Of a stretch of 64,000 nucleotides of DNA, positions 1-15,337 are shown in pieces. Numbering within the stretch: the stretch's first letter is position 1; each line of letters begins with the position of its first letter. The notes beneath the pieces were generated by a model. It searched no databases. It was not told the origin of the DNA and saw only the letters and a program-made list of their open reading frames with translations. The stretch spans positions 383,639-447,638 of the forward strand of contig JAAOMT010000289.1 in NCBI GenBank assembly GCA_016748015.1. Reading direction: 5' to 3'. The translations under genes and the position numbers were made by a program. The stretch comes from Geosiphon pyriformis uo1. Taxonomy: Eukaryota > Fungi > Glomeromycota.

Positions 1-1045
1 TGGTCGTCTTTGGTGAGATATTATTTTTCATCATTATTAATTCGCGGCAAAAAGCCTCTGGGATGTTCATTCAGCAGGGCAAAACTGGACTGGGAGCCCG
101 AAACAATGAATTTTCTTGATCAATGAGGAAGTAAAAATCACATATAGCCTTATTTGAGTCATTCACAAAGCGGACTTTAAAAATATGCACAATCTAAAAA
201 CTACTATACTTCTATTTTAGATATCGGTTGATGGGATCACTTTTAGCAAATGAGCTCATCCCTTTTCTGTTGAATGTATTATTCCACAGGCTCCTATGGG
301 TTGTCTTAAAATTCACCAACTTCGACAATTCTTTTGTTGTACGGGTGAATATTGTTCAAATATCTTGGCTATGACTTGAAAGAAAATTCAGGTCAAGATT
401 CTCAAGTTCTTGAACTCTGACCGGAATTGAGATATGTAACCAGTCCCAGACAGCTTTTATATTCACATTTTAGCATATTAGCCATCTTTTTAATGAAACA
501 AAGCGGGATCATGAACTGGCAATACCTTTGGATCAATAATACCTCAATCTTTACAAAAACTCTTACTTCCTGTTCGCCAAATGTGCCAATCGATGAAAAC
601 CTTCACATCTTGGGATTATAGGTTGGATTGAATGGGAGAAGAAATTCCATATTCCCAAGCTTGAAAAATAATTCCCACGTGAACCTCTACTTTCCTCATT
701 TGACGCAAGCATGCCTGGATGATCCCAAATGACACACAGAAAGTTTCAGCTCATCCAAAAACTGGTATGCCTTTCAGCTTTGTGATTGACACTGAAGGAA
801 GTTTTCTAGTGGGAGAGTTGAATTTGTCGACCGACAAATGGCTCAACAGATTTATCTCGGAAATTAGTCAAAAGACAGGGCAATTGGTTGGAAGTAACAA
901 TTTGTGCGAAATCACAAGCAATGACGTGGATGGATACCACGGATCCCAAGAAAAAAGAAATTCATCTACCTTATTCCATTTCAACGCACGTAAATTTGTG
1001 CACGTAAAATCAGAGATCGATTGTCAGATATATACCCACTCATAA
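1..1045. other. Coding-like, CpG-retaining sequence of unknown identity (possible gene end or pseudogene)
   Basis: Higher GC than the flanking intergenic DNA and a 108-aa + ORF (719-1045), but no recognisable motif or consistent exon chain. Confidence 0.25.
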
Positions 1046-1849
1046 TTTAAGTTTGAGTTAAATTGTTTTTTGATTCATTTTATTCGGTGAATCACCAATA
1101 ATAAATGAATAGTCTATAAAATGTAAAAAGACGCTGATAAAAAATTCGCAATACACAAAACAGCAGTTATTTAATCTGGGAATTTATTGATAATTATTGC
1201 AAAATAAGTTAGATATAGTTTTTTAATATTAAGCATATCATTTATAAATAAATAAAAATGTAAAATAAAAATATTATTAAATTTAAATACTATGTAAATA
1301 TTATGATAATAAATATTTTTGAAATATTAAACAAAGTAGTTAAAAATCCTCTTACCATTTTTATTAATGTTTAATTACCAAGATTTAAGTCTATATTGTT
1401 TTCTAAAATGAAACTTAAATGTATAACTGCTACAAATTGCTGTAATATACAAATGAAAATTGATTCTTTTTTAGGCATTGCTTGATGGAGCCTTTAATCC
1501 TCTTTTCGAGGACATGTAACAATGCCACATCGGGAACTTGAGATCTCTGTTCCCAGCATCACGATTCTTATTGATCAATGTACAGATCATTTGAAAAATA
1601 AGATTTATTTATCAGTTGTTTACCAAAACTTTGAAGTTTATTACTTTTAGTAGCAATGAACAAGTTTCTTGCGTTTGTATTTCAGCAATTGTTGTGCTTA
1701 AAAGTTTCCCATATTTTTTATTTGGGAAATATTGGCATGTAGGTGTACCGCGGAATATCAAGACTTGTCTCTTGAATCTTCATTCCCATTTATTTCCCAT
1801 GACAGGCTATAGAGAACGAATGTGAATTGAGCTGATTCCAACAATCGAA

Positions 1850-3873
<2,024 letters not shown>

Positions 3874-4481
3874 TTATTGTGTGAGGGGAAAGAAATATTG
3901 AAAGATTTAAAGATATTTGGCAAATTTACAGATCTCCCGATCAGGAAATATGCTGTGGAAATTATTATAATGTTTTGTTAGTTGTAAATATCATGATTAT
4001 ATAATAATAATAATAATAATAATAGGTGTTATTGTTAATTAAAATTAACTTTTTCATTAATTTAAATAATAATAATAATTATTATTATTATTAAACTTTT
4101 TACTCTTTTATTTCCCACTTTTCAAAATCAATTTAGAAAGATATCAAAGTAAAAAAAATTCATTTTTGGTTTTTTAAAGCTCGTTTGAATTAATTCATCA
4201 TTTAATTGATCATTAATTCACTAAATGGTTTCACGAACGAAATTAGTCTAATTTCTTTCTAAAAAACTTTTAAACGTAAACGAATATCGATTATTAGTAA
4301 AAAAAATTTGATGAACGAGATATGTACTGTAATAATAATGATAAGTGGTGTTATTGGGCTAGGGTTTGTAGTAGTAATAATTATGTAAATATTAAATTTA
4401 TTTAAGCTATTTATAATATGTAAAAAAAAGACGGTTATTGGGCAAGAATACAAAAATTGATTATTTGGAGGAGGGAGGGGG

Positions 4482-4511
4482 TTAGGGTTAAGGTTAGGGT
4501 TAAGGTTAGGG
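4482..4511 (+). repeat. Short telomere-like repeat (TTAGGG alternating with TTAAGG)
   Basis: ttagggttaaggttagggttaaggttaggg, read directly, lying 3' of the secreted-protein gene. Confidence 0.7.
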
Positions 4512-4541
4512 TAACTGAATAACTTTAAAATCAATTTATGA

Positions 4542-4936
4542 TTAGAAACCAACACCCACAAGACCGGCAATAGCACATATCATAAACAATGAAATGGTAT
4601 AGATAGAATTACTAGAGAACGAGAGTACAGAGGTTGCAGCACTAGTTGTATTCTTGGAGGAAGATGTTGTATTGCTTGAACTTCCACTCTTGGACTCTGT
4701 TGAATTACCATCAGTAGAGCTACTATTGTTATTACTATTATTATCATTATTGTTAGAGTTTGAACTGTTGTTGCCGTTAGATGCTGAGCCGGATGCACCA
4801 TTGGTTGGGAAAAAAATTGTAGAGACACAGTTGTTGGTACATGTTTTATAACTGTCCATATTTGGAAGAGCTGAGAAAGGTGAAAAATGATGTTAGTAAT
4901 TTTATCAATCAATCAATCCCAAATAAAATGATAAAA

Positions 4937-4972
<36 letters not shown>

Positions 4973-5270
4973 CACTTGAATTACATTTAGCAACACAGTC
5001 AGTAGTTTGATCTACAGCTTGTTTCGAAGGATTAGGTACACCAGCACATTTAGCACGACAATCAACATCGTTAGGAGCGCATGGGGTGTCCTTAATACAT
5101 TTTGCAATTTTATTTTCTGGAACGTCAACCGGAGCCGAAGTTGGGGCAGTTGAAGTGGCTACTTTAGTAGTGGTAGTGCCCGCAGAGGAAGTACTATTTT
5201 GAGCATTAACACCGAAAGCGGCGAAAGCGAAAGAAGCAAGAACGAAAATGATTGAATTGTTATATTTCAT
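4542..5270 (-). CDS. Secreted Cys-rich, Ser/Thr/Asn-rich, probably GPI-anchored cell-surface protein, 2 exons (5270-4976, 4870-4542), ~207 aa
   Basis: Signal peptide (MKYNNSIIFVLASFAFAAFGVNA), 8-Cys domain (C..C...D..C...C.GVPNP...T.DC...C...Y..C...C), S/N/T linker and hydrophobic C-terminus. The intron has a GTGAGT donor, CTAAC branch point and CAG acceptor, in phase. Confidence 0.88.
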
Positions 5271-5466
5271 TTTTAGTTTTTATTAAAAAAAAAGTATAGA
5301 TGATGATGATGATGATGATAAAGAGAAATGTATTCTAAGATTGAAAAATATTCTAATTATTCTAATTCTTATACTATTCAAAAGATAGTATATTATAAAT
5401 AAATGATAATATTATTATATTTGGGAAAAAGTTTGAAAATGTAGAGGAATAAGGAGAAAGAAAAAG

Positions 5467-5505
<39 letters not shown>

Positions 5506-5863
5506 AGTGGGGAGATATAAGAAAAAGAAAACAACTAAAAGGCGAAAATTGGGAATAGAAATTTATGGGCTATTTATAAAGTGAGAAAAGCGAGGAAAAG
5601 AGAAGGGATTGTGATAATGATAAGTAGAGTATAGGTTTTGGAAAAAAAACAAGTTTAAAAAAAGATAATTATAATAATGCATTAATTATGGTACACTAAA
5701 TATTTTATATATTTATATATTTATATATTTATATTATAAAAAAAAAGTGAAAGGGAAGAACCTTTACTCCAACAGTTCTTAATTGAATCTTAATATAAAC
5801 AATCCAAGCTTTTTTTTTTTTTGAGGGGAAAAAATAATGCAATGATGATATATGCATGTATCT

Positions 5864-5900
<37 letters not shown>

Positions 5901-6073
5901 GTTTTTTTAAATTATGATAGGTGCGTGTGTAAGAATTTTAATGTAAGACACCTTTTGAAATATTTTATCTTAAAAAAAAATAGAATTTATAAATTGTGTT
6001 TTATTTTTAGATCCTCATTCGAAGAGATGTTTTTTAGTCATCTTCGTTGTCATCGTCGTGTGATTACTGGAGA

Positions 6074-6108
<35 letters not shown>

Positions 6109-6890
6109 TGAATAATAAAGATAAATAAAAAGATAAAAAATGTACAGCCTTATCCAGGTTGTAAATGGTCAATAATGTATCGCAAATTTCGAAATTTTGA
6201 ATAGATTACCATTTTAGATTCGTAGAACATCAGGCGTAGAACTCTTCTATAATTTCTGTGCATCACATGCCATGTTGCTCATGTCGTGTTGAATTATGAT
6301 AATTATCAGGCGGTACATGTGTAATGTTGTAATGTACACATTACTCGAGAAGAAACAAATATCTTGAAAGGAAACTTTATACCTGTTCTATTCATCAGAG
6401 TACCCGAATTTGGGAGCTCGGAATTTTTTTTTTAGGGCAATACCAAGGTACAGAGTAACATTCATGATTCCACAATGGTGATACATCATAAATCAGAATT
6501 TTACATAAGCTTAATAGCAAAACTTTGTAATTGCTTTTGCTTTTTTGCAAGATTCACCGTTTTAGTGTTCAAAGAAAAAAAGGAAAAAGAAAAAAAGAAA
6601 TTAGAGTTTCTCAAAATTCTCTTGTTTTGCAAATATACAACTGCTACTATAACTAATACTACTCCTACTACTACTACTAACCTAATTCCAAAGTGTTTGG
6701 GGATAGAGAGAAAGAATCTCGTTACATTAAAAGAAAACCATGTTCAAATCTCAAAAAAAATCATTTTGTAACATAATTAATTATACTATCCCCGAAATTT
6801 GCAAATTCTCTAGGCACCAAATATTGAACAATATCCAGGAAGAACAAGGGAATCCGATTGCATAAGTTAACCATGAAAATTTAAATCTTT

Positions 6891-7853
6891 TCATGTGACA
6901 GTTGGTCGTACTGGTGAAGGTGAAGGTGGTGGGATCGGTGGTGGAATCGGTGGTGGAATCGGTTTCGTGTAACTGGGTGGCAAGGAAGCAGAACGGAAAG
7001 CCAAGGCAAGGATTGCCACAATAACTGGGAATGTAATAATTTCGATGCCAACAGGAGCCCAAATAAGATCCGTCAAAAGAAGGGACAAAATCCACAAAAG
7101 TGAGAGACCAAAAAAGATCCAGGTTAACACAGCAGTGGCCTAATGATGTGGTTAACGGGCGAACGAGGGAGGGAGGGAGGGAGGGAGGGAGGGAGGGAGG
7201 GAGGAAGGGAGGGAGCAAACAAGATGGTTTAATTTTTTAACAAAAAATAAAAGTTCCGAATTTTTCTGTTTTAATATGTCATTTTACCGCGGTTGCTCCG
7301 TAGCCAATTTCGGTAACCTATGCAAAAAAAAAAATTTTAAAATAATGATCACAAACTTTGAGAATTCAAGATAAAATTAAGGGACGAGCAGCTCACCGTA
7401 AGGGCAACCAAAAGCATCAAGACTGCATCCCTAGCTGCATTAGTCGTCTTCTCAGCACGGTATACCTAAACAAGAACTTTCCAATTTTAAAAAATGAATA
7501 TATTCGAATTTTCTCTAATGATCAAACATACCACCTCATTCCTAGCCGACTGTCTCGCACCACCTGGTAACAATTCACTAGTTTCCGAGGTACCACTTGT
7601 ACGACCAGCAACTGGAGCCGTCGGATAACGACCTTCACTTCGGTCAAGCTCATCCCGTCTCCTGACGAACTCGGAAAAGATGAGAGATGTGGCCCAAATT
7701 ACCAAAAGGGCAAAAAGGGCGACCAAAGAACCTGTATTCGAAAAGATTTGTGTTGCACATTAATTTCGACGCGTTTAAAATCAAAAAATATATTTTTCAC
7801 TTACTTTGAAGATAGTTGTTTTCCCAACCATTCTTATCCGTAAAAGTTCCCAT
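6891..7853 (-). CDS. Uncharacterised ~4-TM membrane protein with Pro-rich C-tail, 5 exons (7853-7805, 7731-7532, 7465-7397, 7317-7288, 7139-6891), ~198 aa
   Basis: GT-AG introns in consistent phase give MGTFTDKNGWENNYLQSSLVALFALLVIW...AARDAVLMLLVALT-VTEIGYGATA-ATAVLTWIFFG...ALAFRSASLPPSYTKPIPPPIPPP. Confidence 0.8.
7166..7213 (+). repeat. (GGGA)n microsatellite in intron
   Basis: Direct reading. Confidence 0.9.
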
Positions 7854-8222
7854 TATTCAGATGGAGTTAAATAAGATATGGTTCACTACGTCAAAGACAA
7901 AAATAAAGTCAAAGATGAAAGAAAAAAAGTTATTCAAAGTAAGAGATAAATTTTTCAAAAGAAAGGTTCTTGGTTATAAGATTAATACATTCATTTTTAC
8001 CTCTTTATAAAGCCATTGAAAAAAATAAAAAAAAAAAGCAATCAACAATTTCTTCTCTTCCCACCACTCATTCAATCAATCTCTCTGCTCATAATAGGAT
8101 GTCATTTTTACGATATAGATAATGATTTTAGGAATGTGAGAAAAAGATGACGACAATAAATTGATATAATTTTGGTTTATAATAGAATTTACACACGCGT
8201 CGTCAAGGAGAGTAAAAATTTT

Positions 8223-8223
<1 letters not shown>

Positions 8224-8312
<89 letters not shown>
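8224..8312 (+). repeat. (ATT)n microsatellite; shorter (AAT)n runs also at ~3163-3193, ~4938-4970, ~6077-6103, ~10130-10167
   Basis: Direct reading. Confidence 0.95.
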
Positions 8313-8313
<1 letters not shown>

Positions 8314-8640
8314 GTAAAATCATTAGGGTTTAATTGAAAAATGCAACATTTGTTCAAGTGATTTTAGATGACGAGAAAACCCCAAAAAAAAAAAAAAAAA
8401 AAAAAAGGTTGATTGTAACGTCAGAAACAGATTAATTAATCAATTAATTAATTAAATATGAAAATTTCAAAAGATTAGTATGGTGAGCAAACCCTTTATT
8501 TCAATTGATAACTTTTTGATTAATGATTAAAGTTTCTTTTAAAAGAATTTTTAGTTTAAAGATTGTTACACCTTTTATTTCTGATATTTCTGATATATAA
8601 GGGGAATTAAAAAAGAAAGCTCTTTTTCTTATTTTTATTT

Positions 8641-8727
8641 TTTTGGTATATAATTTGGATATGCATATAAAAAAGTGTTGCGCATTTTGGCATAAAAATT
8701 TAGATATGCGTACAAAAGTGTTGCGTA
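8641..8727 (+). repeat. Imperfect ~44-bp tandem duplication
   Basis: ttttggtatataatttggatatgcatataaaaaagtgttgcgca / ttttggcataaaaatttagatatgcgtacaaaagtgttgcgta. Confidence 0.75.
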
Positions 8728-10129
8728 ATTTGTAAATCCATGGTCGATTTTACTTTTTTATCATTCATTATTATTCTGAGAATACCTTCTCTTCTGCAAC
8801 AAAAATCATGACTTAAAAAAAAAAATTTGAAAATCCTTTTTTTTATTTATTTATTTATTTTTATTTTTATTTTTTTAAAGATAAAAATTTATTTATTTTA
8901 CGAGTATCTCTCTGAATGGAATGAATTAGAGTTTCATAAGTAAGTATATCTCTTGATGCACATTCATCGTAGTAATCTTTTTTTTTTTTTTTTTCCAAAA
9001 GAATACAAGTTTCAAATATATCGCGAATTTTTTGAGATTCGGTAAATCATTAATTATTTTTGCACGTGTTACATACATTTATATTAGGAAAGTGAAATTT
9101 TTTTTTTTGGAAACATTTGTTATACAATGAAATCACAATCTCGTTTCGTTTCGCTTCGTTTCGTTTCTCAAAGCCACAAAAAACCCCCACTTCTATGCAC
9201 AGCAAAATCTCCAATCGAAACATACACAAAGTCAATTTTCTCCTTTTTCCTGAATAGGTTCACAGAGTTTTATTGATTAATCATATTTAACATTTAATTT
9301 GGAAGATCTAAAAGATAAATAGGAGAACAGGTTGAACAAAGTAAAAAAAAATTAAACAATATCTTTTCAAACCTGTTATCCTCAAGATTGTCATATCCAG
9401 GTATAAGGAAACTTGTTTTCTTGTTTAGGATTTGTGAATCAACGGTCAAGTTCACACGAGAGCTTTGATACCTCATTTTGGTAACAATTTATATTAAAGC
9501 TCAGTTTCATAAAAAGTAACTTTGATGAAAATATGACCATTAAAATGGTGTGAACTTTGAATGTATGGAATGAGGGAAATTTTTAGTCCCACACTTTATT
9601 AATTGATTTTATTGATGTCGGTAGCAAAGATTTCAGCGCTAAAAGTCATTTGAAGGTTTTTCATTTCGAAATTTCAAAATTTGAGGAATTCTAAAATTCG
9701 TAAACATAGAATTTCTTTGATCAAAATGAAAATAACTTTATCATCTTTTGTTACAATATTTTACCCTTGGAAGTTTTGGGAAGTTTCACAATGATTTACT
9801 AATGTGGCAATTTGCTGCTACTGCTGCTATTGCTACATTGAATAAAACGTTCATGAAACTGTGAAAGCCTCATTATCATATCAATACTAAATTTAGACGA
9901 GTGGAAATTTAATAGGTGTTTTCGGATTGAAAAATGAAAATAAAATTTAAAGTTTATTATAAGGTTCCATGATTTTTTTTTTTTAGCCTCAGGAATCAAA
10001 AAGTTTATCCTTGAAATTTCTGATAGAAAAAGTTAAATTCTTTGATAACTGATAAAATTCATCTTTTTCTTTATTTTTCTAAAATGAGTAAAATTACTAT
10101 TTTTGTTTTTCTTTAATTTAAAAACTACA

Positions 10130-10169
<40 letters not shown>

Positions 10170-10756
10170 TAATTTTATTAAAAAACATATCCAAATTTTT
10201 GTTTATAATTTTATTTTATAACTTTTGGTCTTTTTTAATCTTACAAAAAAATTTTCAAAGTAATTAAAATCATATGATTTTTAGACAAAATTTAAAAGTT
10301 ATACAATTTTCTAAATCATAAAATGATTTTATTAACAAATCAATCTGTTAAAAATTTTCTAAGATATACTAATTAAATTAAGTTTTTGTAAATTTTTTGA
10401 AATAAAATTTGTTTTTTTTTTTTTAAAGAAAATTTACTTTTTATTTAAATATTCTGTTACAAAAAAAAAAACTACTAGCAATTTGTGTCTATATCTTGCT
10501 ATTAAATAAAACCAAACAAGCAATTAGAGCTTGTTTTTTCTTATATATATTGGTCAATCAAACCTAATTATAAAGAGTAAGAAGTTTTTTGTTATAATTG
10601 TTTACATTCTTATTAGCTAAACATTTATCAGAAATATCACCAAACTGCTTACACTAAGTCCAACATAAATCTACACTTTTGAAAACTAAAACAAAATTAA
10701 TAACAGAGTTCTTAATAGCTTTATTAACAAAACAAATAATAGCACACTTATTATAT

Positions 10757-11558
10757 TATTACTTATAGAAATTAAAAATTATAATAATAGGTAAAATAAC
10801 CAATCAAAAATAAGTATAATAAAAAAAAATTCCAAGATTCTTCTTAAAAAATTCCAAAATTCCAAAATTCCAAAATTTTTTTCAAAGAAATTGAAAATTT
10901 TCAAGAAATTCTATATAAAATAAATTATGTATATATAGTAAAAGTGTTAAAAACAGAAAAAGTATTCAATAAAGTTCAGAACAATACTATTTTTTTCTTT
11001 AAAAGATAGTTTTTTATAACTTAAAGTAAAATTATTTTTATATTAATAAAAACATTTATTATTACTCAAATTTATATATTTATTATTGATTAAAAAAATA
11101 TTAATCCATTCTATACTATCAACACTTTATGTTAATAGAATTTAATACTTAGTTATATTGGACCAATAATTCTTAATTATGATTATTAATGGAATACTAA
11201 TTTTTTATATTTTTATATTTTTTTTTGTTTTATTTTTTTGTTGTTTACTAATTGATTAAAAGAATTAAGTATTAAATATTTAATATTAAGGATAGCTTGG
11301 TAAAAAATCTGAAAAAAAAAAGTAAAAATTTAAGAATAGTTTATCAAAAAGACATGATTATTAAAATAAACTGGTTATTACACTAAAAAATAAAATTTAC
11401 AAAAAAAACTATTAATTAAATCTTTGTTTATTATATAAAAAACTCAACCAAAACCTTTAAACTCCAAAACTTTCAGAAATTACCAATATTCTTAACTATT
11501 GAACACCAAGTTATGAATTTGTTATTTGTTCTAATATCTTAAATATTTACTTACAACA
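10757..11558 (+). mobile_element. Solo LTR related to the Gypsy D family
   Basis: Begins tattacttatagaaa (cf. D LTR tgttactcatagaaa) and ends ...ttacaaca. It has a decayed aattccaa(g/a)att array, tatatatag TATA, a ctatcaacac..tgttaatag hairpin and the caccaagttatgaatttgttatttg U5 block. Flanks are atat/atgt. Confidence 0.85.
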
Positions 11559-13025
11559 ATGTCTATATGTTTTTAAAATATAACTAATAAAATAAGTTTT
11601 TTATTATAAAATATTAATAGATCAGAAAAATTATAAACATTGGTATTAACTAACAATATATAAAGTAAAATTTGATAACAATTCTTAAATATCTATGCTT
11701 ATTTATTATTTACAACTTTTATTTCATAAACAAAATTTTTATTTATAAAAACAAATTATTTATCTATAATTAAATTAACAATTTTAGTTGATTAAATTTT
11801 ATCAGAGCTTTTGCTAAAAACTAATAAATTGTAATTTAACAGAAATAATCTTGTCAAATTTGGAAAAAACTGATTTTACAACTGATTTAAAAAGATTAAC
11901 AGAAATTTTTTTAACAATTACTTTTTAATCCAAGTGGCTATTTACTTTTTAATATTAATATTTACTAAAATTTTCTTATTAATAGCCAATTTTTTAGCTT
12001 TATTTAGATTCAATTTTAATGTAAAAGATGATCTAATGATTCTATAAAATTATTAACATGATAAAAAAATTTTTTTACTGCTGTTACTAAAGATTTTTGG
12101 TCTCTTTTTTTGGATGTTGTTAATATTTGTCTGTTGCTAATTTCACGTTTTTTGGAAGCAGTTAAACCTCTAATAACTGAATTTATCTTCAAATTATCTT
12201 CTATAATTTGAACTGCTGGACTTATAAGTAAAATGGCTAATTTCTTGCCAGTTGCTTTATGTAGTTATATTGTAGTAAATGTCAACTTTTTCTCAGGAAT
12301 TGCTTATCTGAAAGCTCACTAAAAATATGTAGTTACTTTGCTGTAAAAGTCAACTTTTCTACAGAAATCTCATCTGTAAGTTACTCTAATGATTATAATA
12401 AGAAAAGAAAAAAATAAATAAAAGAAATATAAAAAAAATAGAATTTGTGTTAAAAGAAACGTTTTTTATCCAGGCTTGAAATCACTAACAGATTACTGAA
12501 ATTGGTAGCTAATCAATTTCAAAATATTAGTTGTGTTGAGAGAATTTCAAGTACAATAATTAAAGAATTTGCTTTTCGAATATTTAATTTTTATTTGAAT
12601 GTGTAAAAGATAATTTGTTCTAATTAAGATATTTAAAGTAAAATACTATGATAAGATATTATAAGAAGATATATTTTCTTGAAGAGAAAAGCTTTTCTTT
12701 TATATAATTTGTTGTAGTACTAGTCTTTGAACTTGTACTTTTTTCTTTGCTCTAATTTTGGTGAACTAAAGATATATTTTGGCGAACTACAAGTTATTTC
12801 TACAAACTATTGATTATTTTGGCTAATTTTCATTAATTGCGAATTTTAACTATATTAAATGGTTCAGAGTATTGTGTAATTTGATCATCTTAATTTTGAT
12901 GGTACAAATCAGATTATTAGTTGAATTGTAATATTTGATAATTTGGCTAATTAATAAGTAATAATTGAAATGATAATAATATATGCTAATTAATAATAGG
13001 AATTATAAGAATAATTTTATGCTAA

Positions 13026-13745
13026 TTAATAGCTAAATTCTACTGGTAACATAATCTCCTCTTCAAAACTGAGCTCTATCAAAGTCCAAGCATTATCTGT
13101 AATGTTAAGATAATGATCTAAAATAATTGAAGTGATTTGATCTGAAAATTGTTGAAATTTCAGTTCTGTAAATTTTCCAAGATATTGAATCTTCATTGAA
13201 TGAAGTATTGGATTTTGTAGAACATTTTTACAAGTATTAAATAAATTATAAAGTCTAAATGCTGCTCTAAGTTTGTAGTAAGTATTTGTTAATTCAGCTG
13301 CTGTCTTGAATTCATTGTGAATTTGTTTTTGTATAGCTTCAAGAGTGATGTTAGTTGGTTTAAGTTCCAGTTTTCGTTCATAAAGTGTTTTTCCAATATA
13401 AAAATATTTATGTATAAAAATATGTTTATTGTTCTGTTTATTAAGAAATAATAGAAGTTTTTGTTGGATTGTGGCATTTGGTAAAATGTCTATAAGAGCA
13501 AATAAAAGGTTTTCTTTTAGTGCTTGTTTCAAAAGTTCTGGTAATTAATTTCCAGAGTAATTTCTTGTTTTTCTTTTATAAAAGTAATAATTTTGAAAAT
13601 TGTTTACTACTGGTGTTGTGATTTCTTTTTGAGTGTAATTAATTTGACTTTTATTAATCATTATGGATAAGTCAGAAAGTGTTTTCAAAGCTAACATTAA
13701 TTTCTGAAATATTTGTTGAATATTTCGATGATAAAATAACCAATT
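13026..13745 (-). pseudogene. Element A ORF3 (accessory protein of unknown function)
   Basis: IQQIFQKLMLALKTLSDLSIMINKSQINY...YFYIGKTLY...RAAFRLYNLF. It aligns by eye with ORF3 of B/C/D and reads through the PPT into the LTR. The start is approximate. Confidence 0.7.
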
Positions 13746-13895
13746 AATAAGTAAAATTTGAAAAAAAATAAAGAAAATTATTTTTTGGATATAGAGTTTT
13801 TATTTGTTTTTGGGTTTGAGTGTTTTTTATAATTATTTACTATTTTTGTTTTTATGTTTTGTGTATTTTAAAAGTGTTATTAAAAATGTTAAATT

Positions 13896-15279
13896 AAGTG
13901 TTCAAGTTTGGTTGTTGTTTTATTATAATTATTGATTCTAAATTTTGGGAAATATCTTCAGGATTAATTAAAGAAGAATGTGTACCAATTTGTAAAATTA
14001 ATAGTTTAGGATTGTTTTTAAAATGATAGTGTTTCAGTCAATTTCTATGTGCAACTTTTGCTAGTACTTTGTTATCAAGTCTTAACTTGTATGATTTATT
14101 GCCTAGAATTTTGTAAATATAAAATAGTCTATCCTATTTATGTTTAAATTTTCCACTTTATTGTTTTTCAGCCTTAGTTTTGTATAAAAAAACTTTATTT
14201 CCAACTTTAAATTCATTGATAGCTGATGACAATTTATTATCATGCCTTTCTTTTTATTAGGCTTAAAAGTGTTTAATAGAAGTGGCTGCTATTTGTCTTT
14301 TTTCTTTCAATATACTAAAAAAAGTATATGTTCTTCTTTAGAGTGTTTTCTGAAAGTTTTTTTCATTGATTGGTTGCATTGGGTATGTTTTCATTGTGAA
14401 ATTAATTGGTAATATTGCTGTTTTTCTATAAGTAAGATCAAATAGTATGTGTTTTTTAGTATTTTGTTTTAGTGTTTTATAAGCTAGTAACACTGATAAA
14501 ATAAATATATCACATTTCTATTCAAAATCAGTTAAGACTTTGGCTAAAAATTCACATAATATTCTGTTGAAATGTTCTATAAATCTATTTGTTTAGGGAT
14601 AATAAAGTAATGATAAGGGTCTTTTGATATTGAATTGTTCACAAATTTTTTGTATCAAGTTGTTTACAAAATGTGTTTCTTGATCAGATAAAAGTTTAAT
14701 TGGGCATTCATGTCTACAAATAATGTCTTTATAGATGAAATTTGCTACTGATTTTGTATCTGCTCTTTGGATGGTTCTAGCTTCAAACCATTTAGTAAAA
14801 TAATCTACTGCAACTGCAATATAACAATTTTCTTGGGTTGTGATAGGTAGTGGTCCGACTAAATTAATTCCAACTCTGTCAAAAGGTTGTCCAACTTTGA
14901 TTGAATTTAAAGATTCTGTGAGGCAAGTTTCTTCTCTTTTTTGACAACTATCACAAGATTCTACATATTGTTAAATATTTTTTTGCATATGGGGCCAAAA
15001 ATAATGTTCAAGAATTTTTTGAATTGTTCTATTTTTTTTCAGGTGTGTTGAAAAAGAATCTGTGTACATGCTGTATAAGATTGTTTCTTTTTTATTCTCT
15101 TGTACTAATCTGAGTGATTGGTTTGAATTTCTGGGATTTTTATAATAGATTCTGTTATAGTGTATGAAATATTGTTTTAAATGGTATTGTAATTAATGTT
15201 TTTTACTTGGAGACTAATTTTCTGGCATAGTAAGAGTTTCCAAATAGTTTTTAATGTTTTTGTAAGTTCTGGAATTCAT
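13896..15279 (-). pseudogene. Element A integrase (own ATG, MNSRTYKNIKNYLETL...)
   Basis: HHCC zinc domain, PFDRVGINLVGPLP, decayed D..D..E core and the LESIIII tail shared with B-D. The end is approximate. Confidence 0.85.
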
Positions 15280-15337
15280 TGTTGTTTGGTTATTTTTGTT
15301 GGCATATTGGTAAGTTGTGGTAAAATTGTTGTTGGTT

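Noticed and set aside
592-1045. Four successive in-frame TGA codons upstream of ORF 719-1045, suggesting genetic code 4 (endobacterial or mitochondrial insert)
   Set aside because: The same frame has TAA/TAG further upstream and no recognisable protein emerges, so the pattern cannot be distinguished from chance.
8076-8357. Poly-Asn ORF and other short ORFs (5856-6128, 6475-6771, 9050-9999, antisense ORFs within TEs)
   Set aside because: They are products of microsatellites, low complexity or antisense shadows of real or TE frames, with no splice or motif support.
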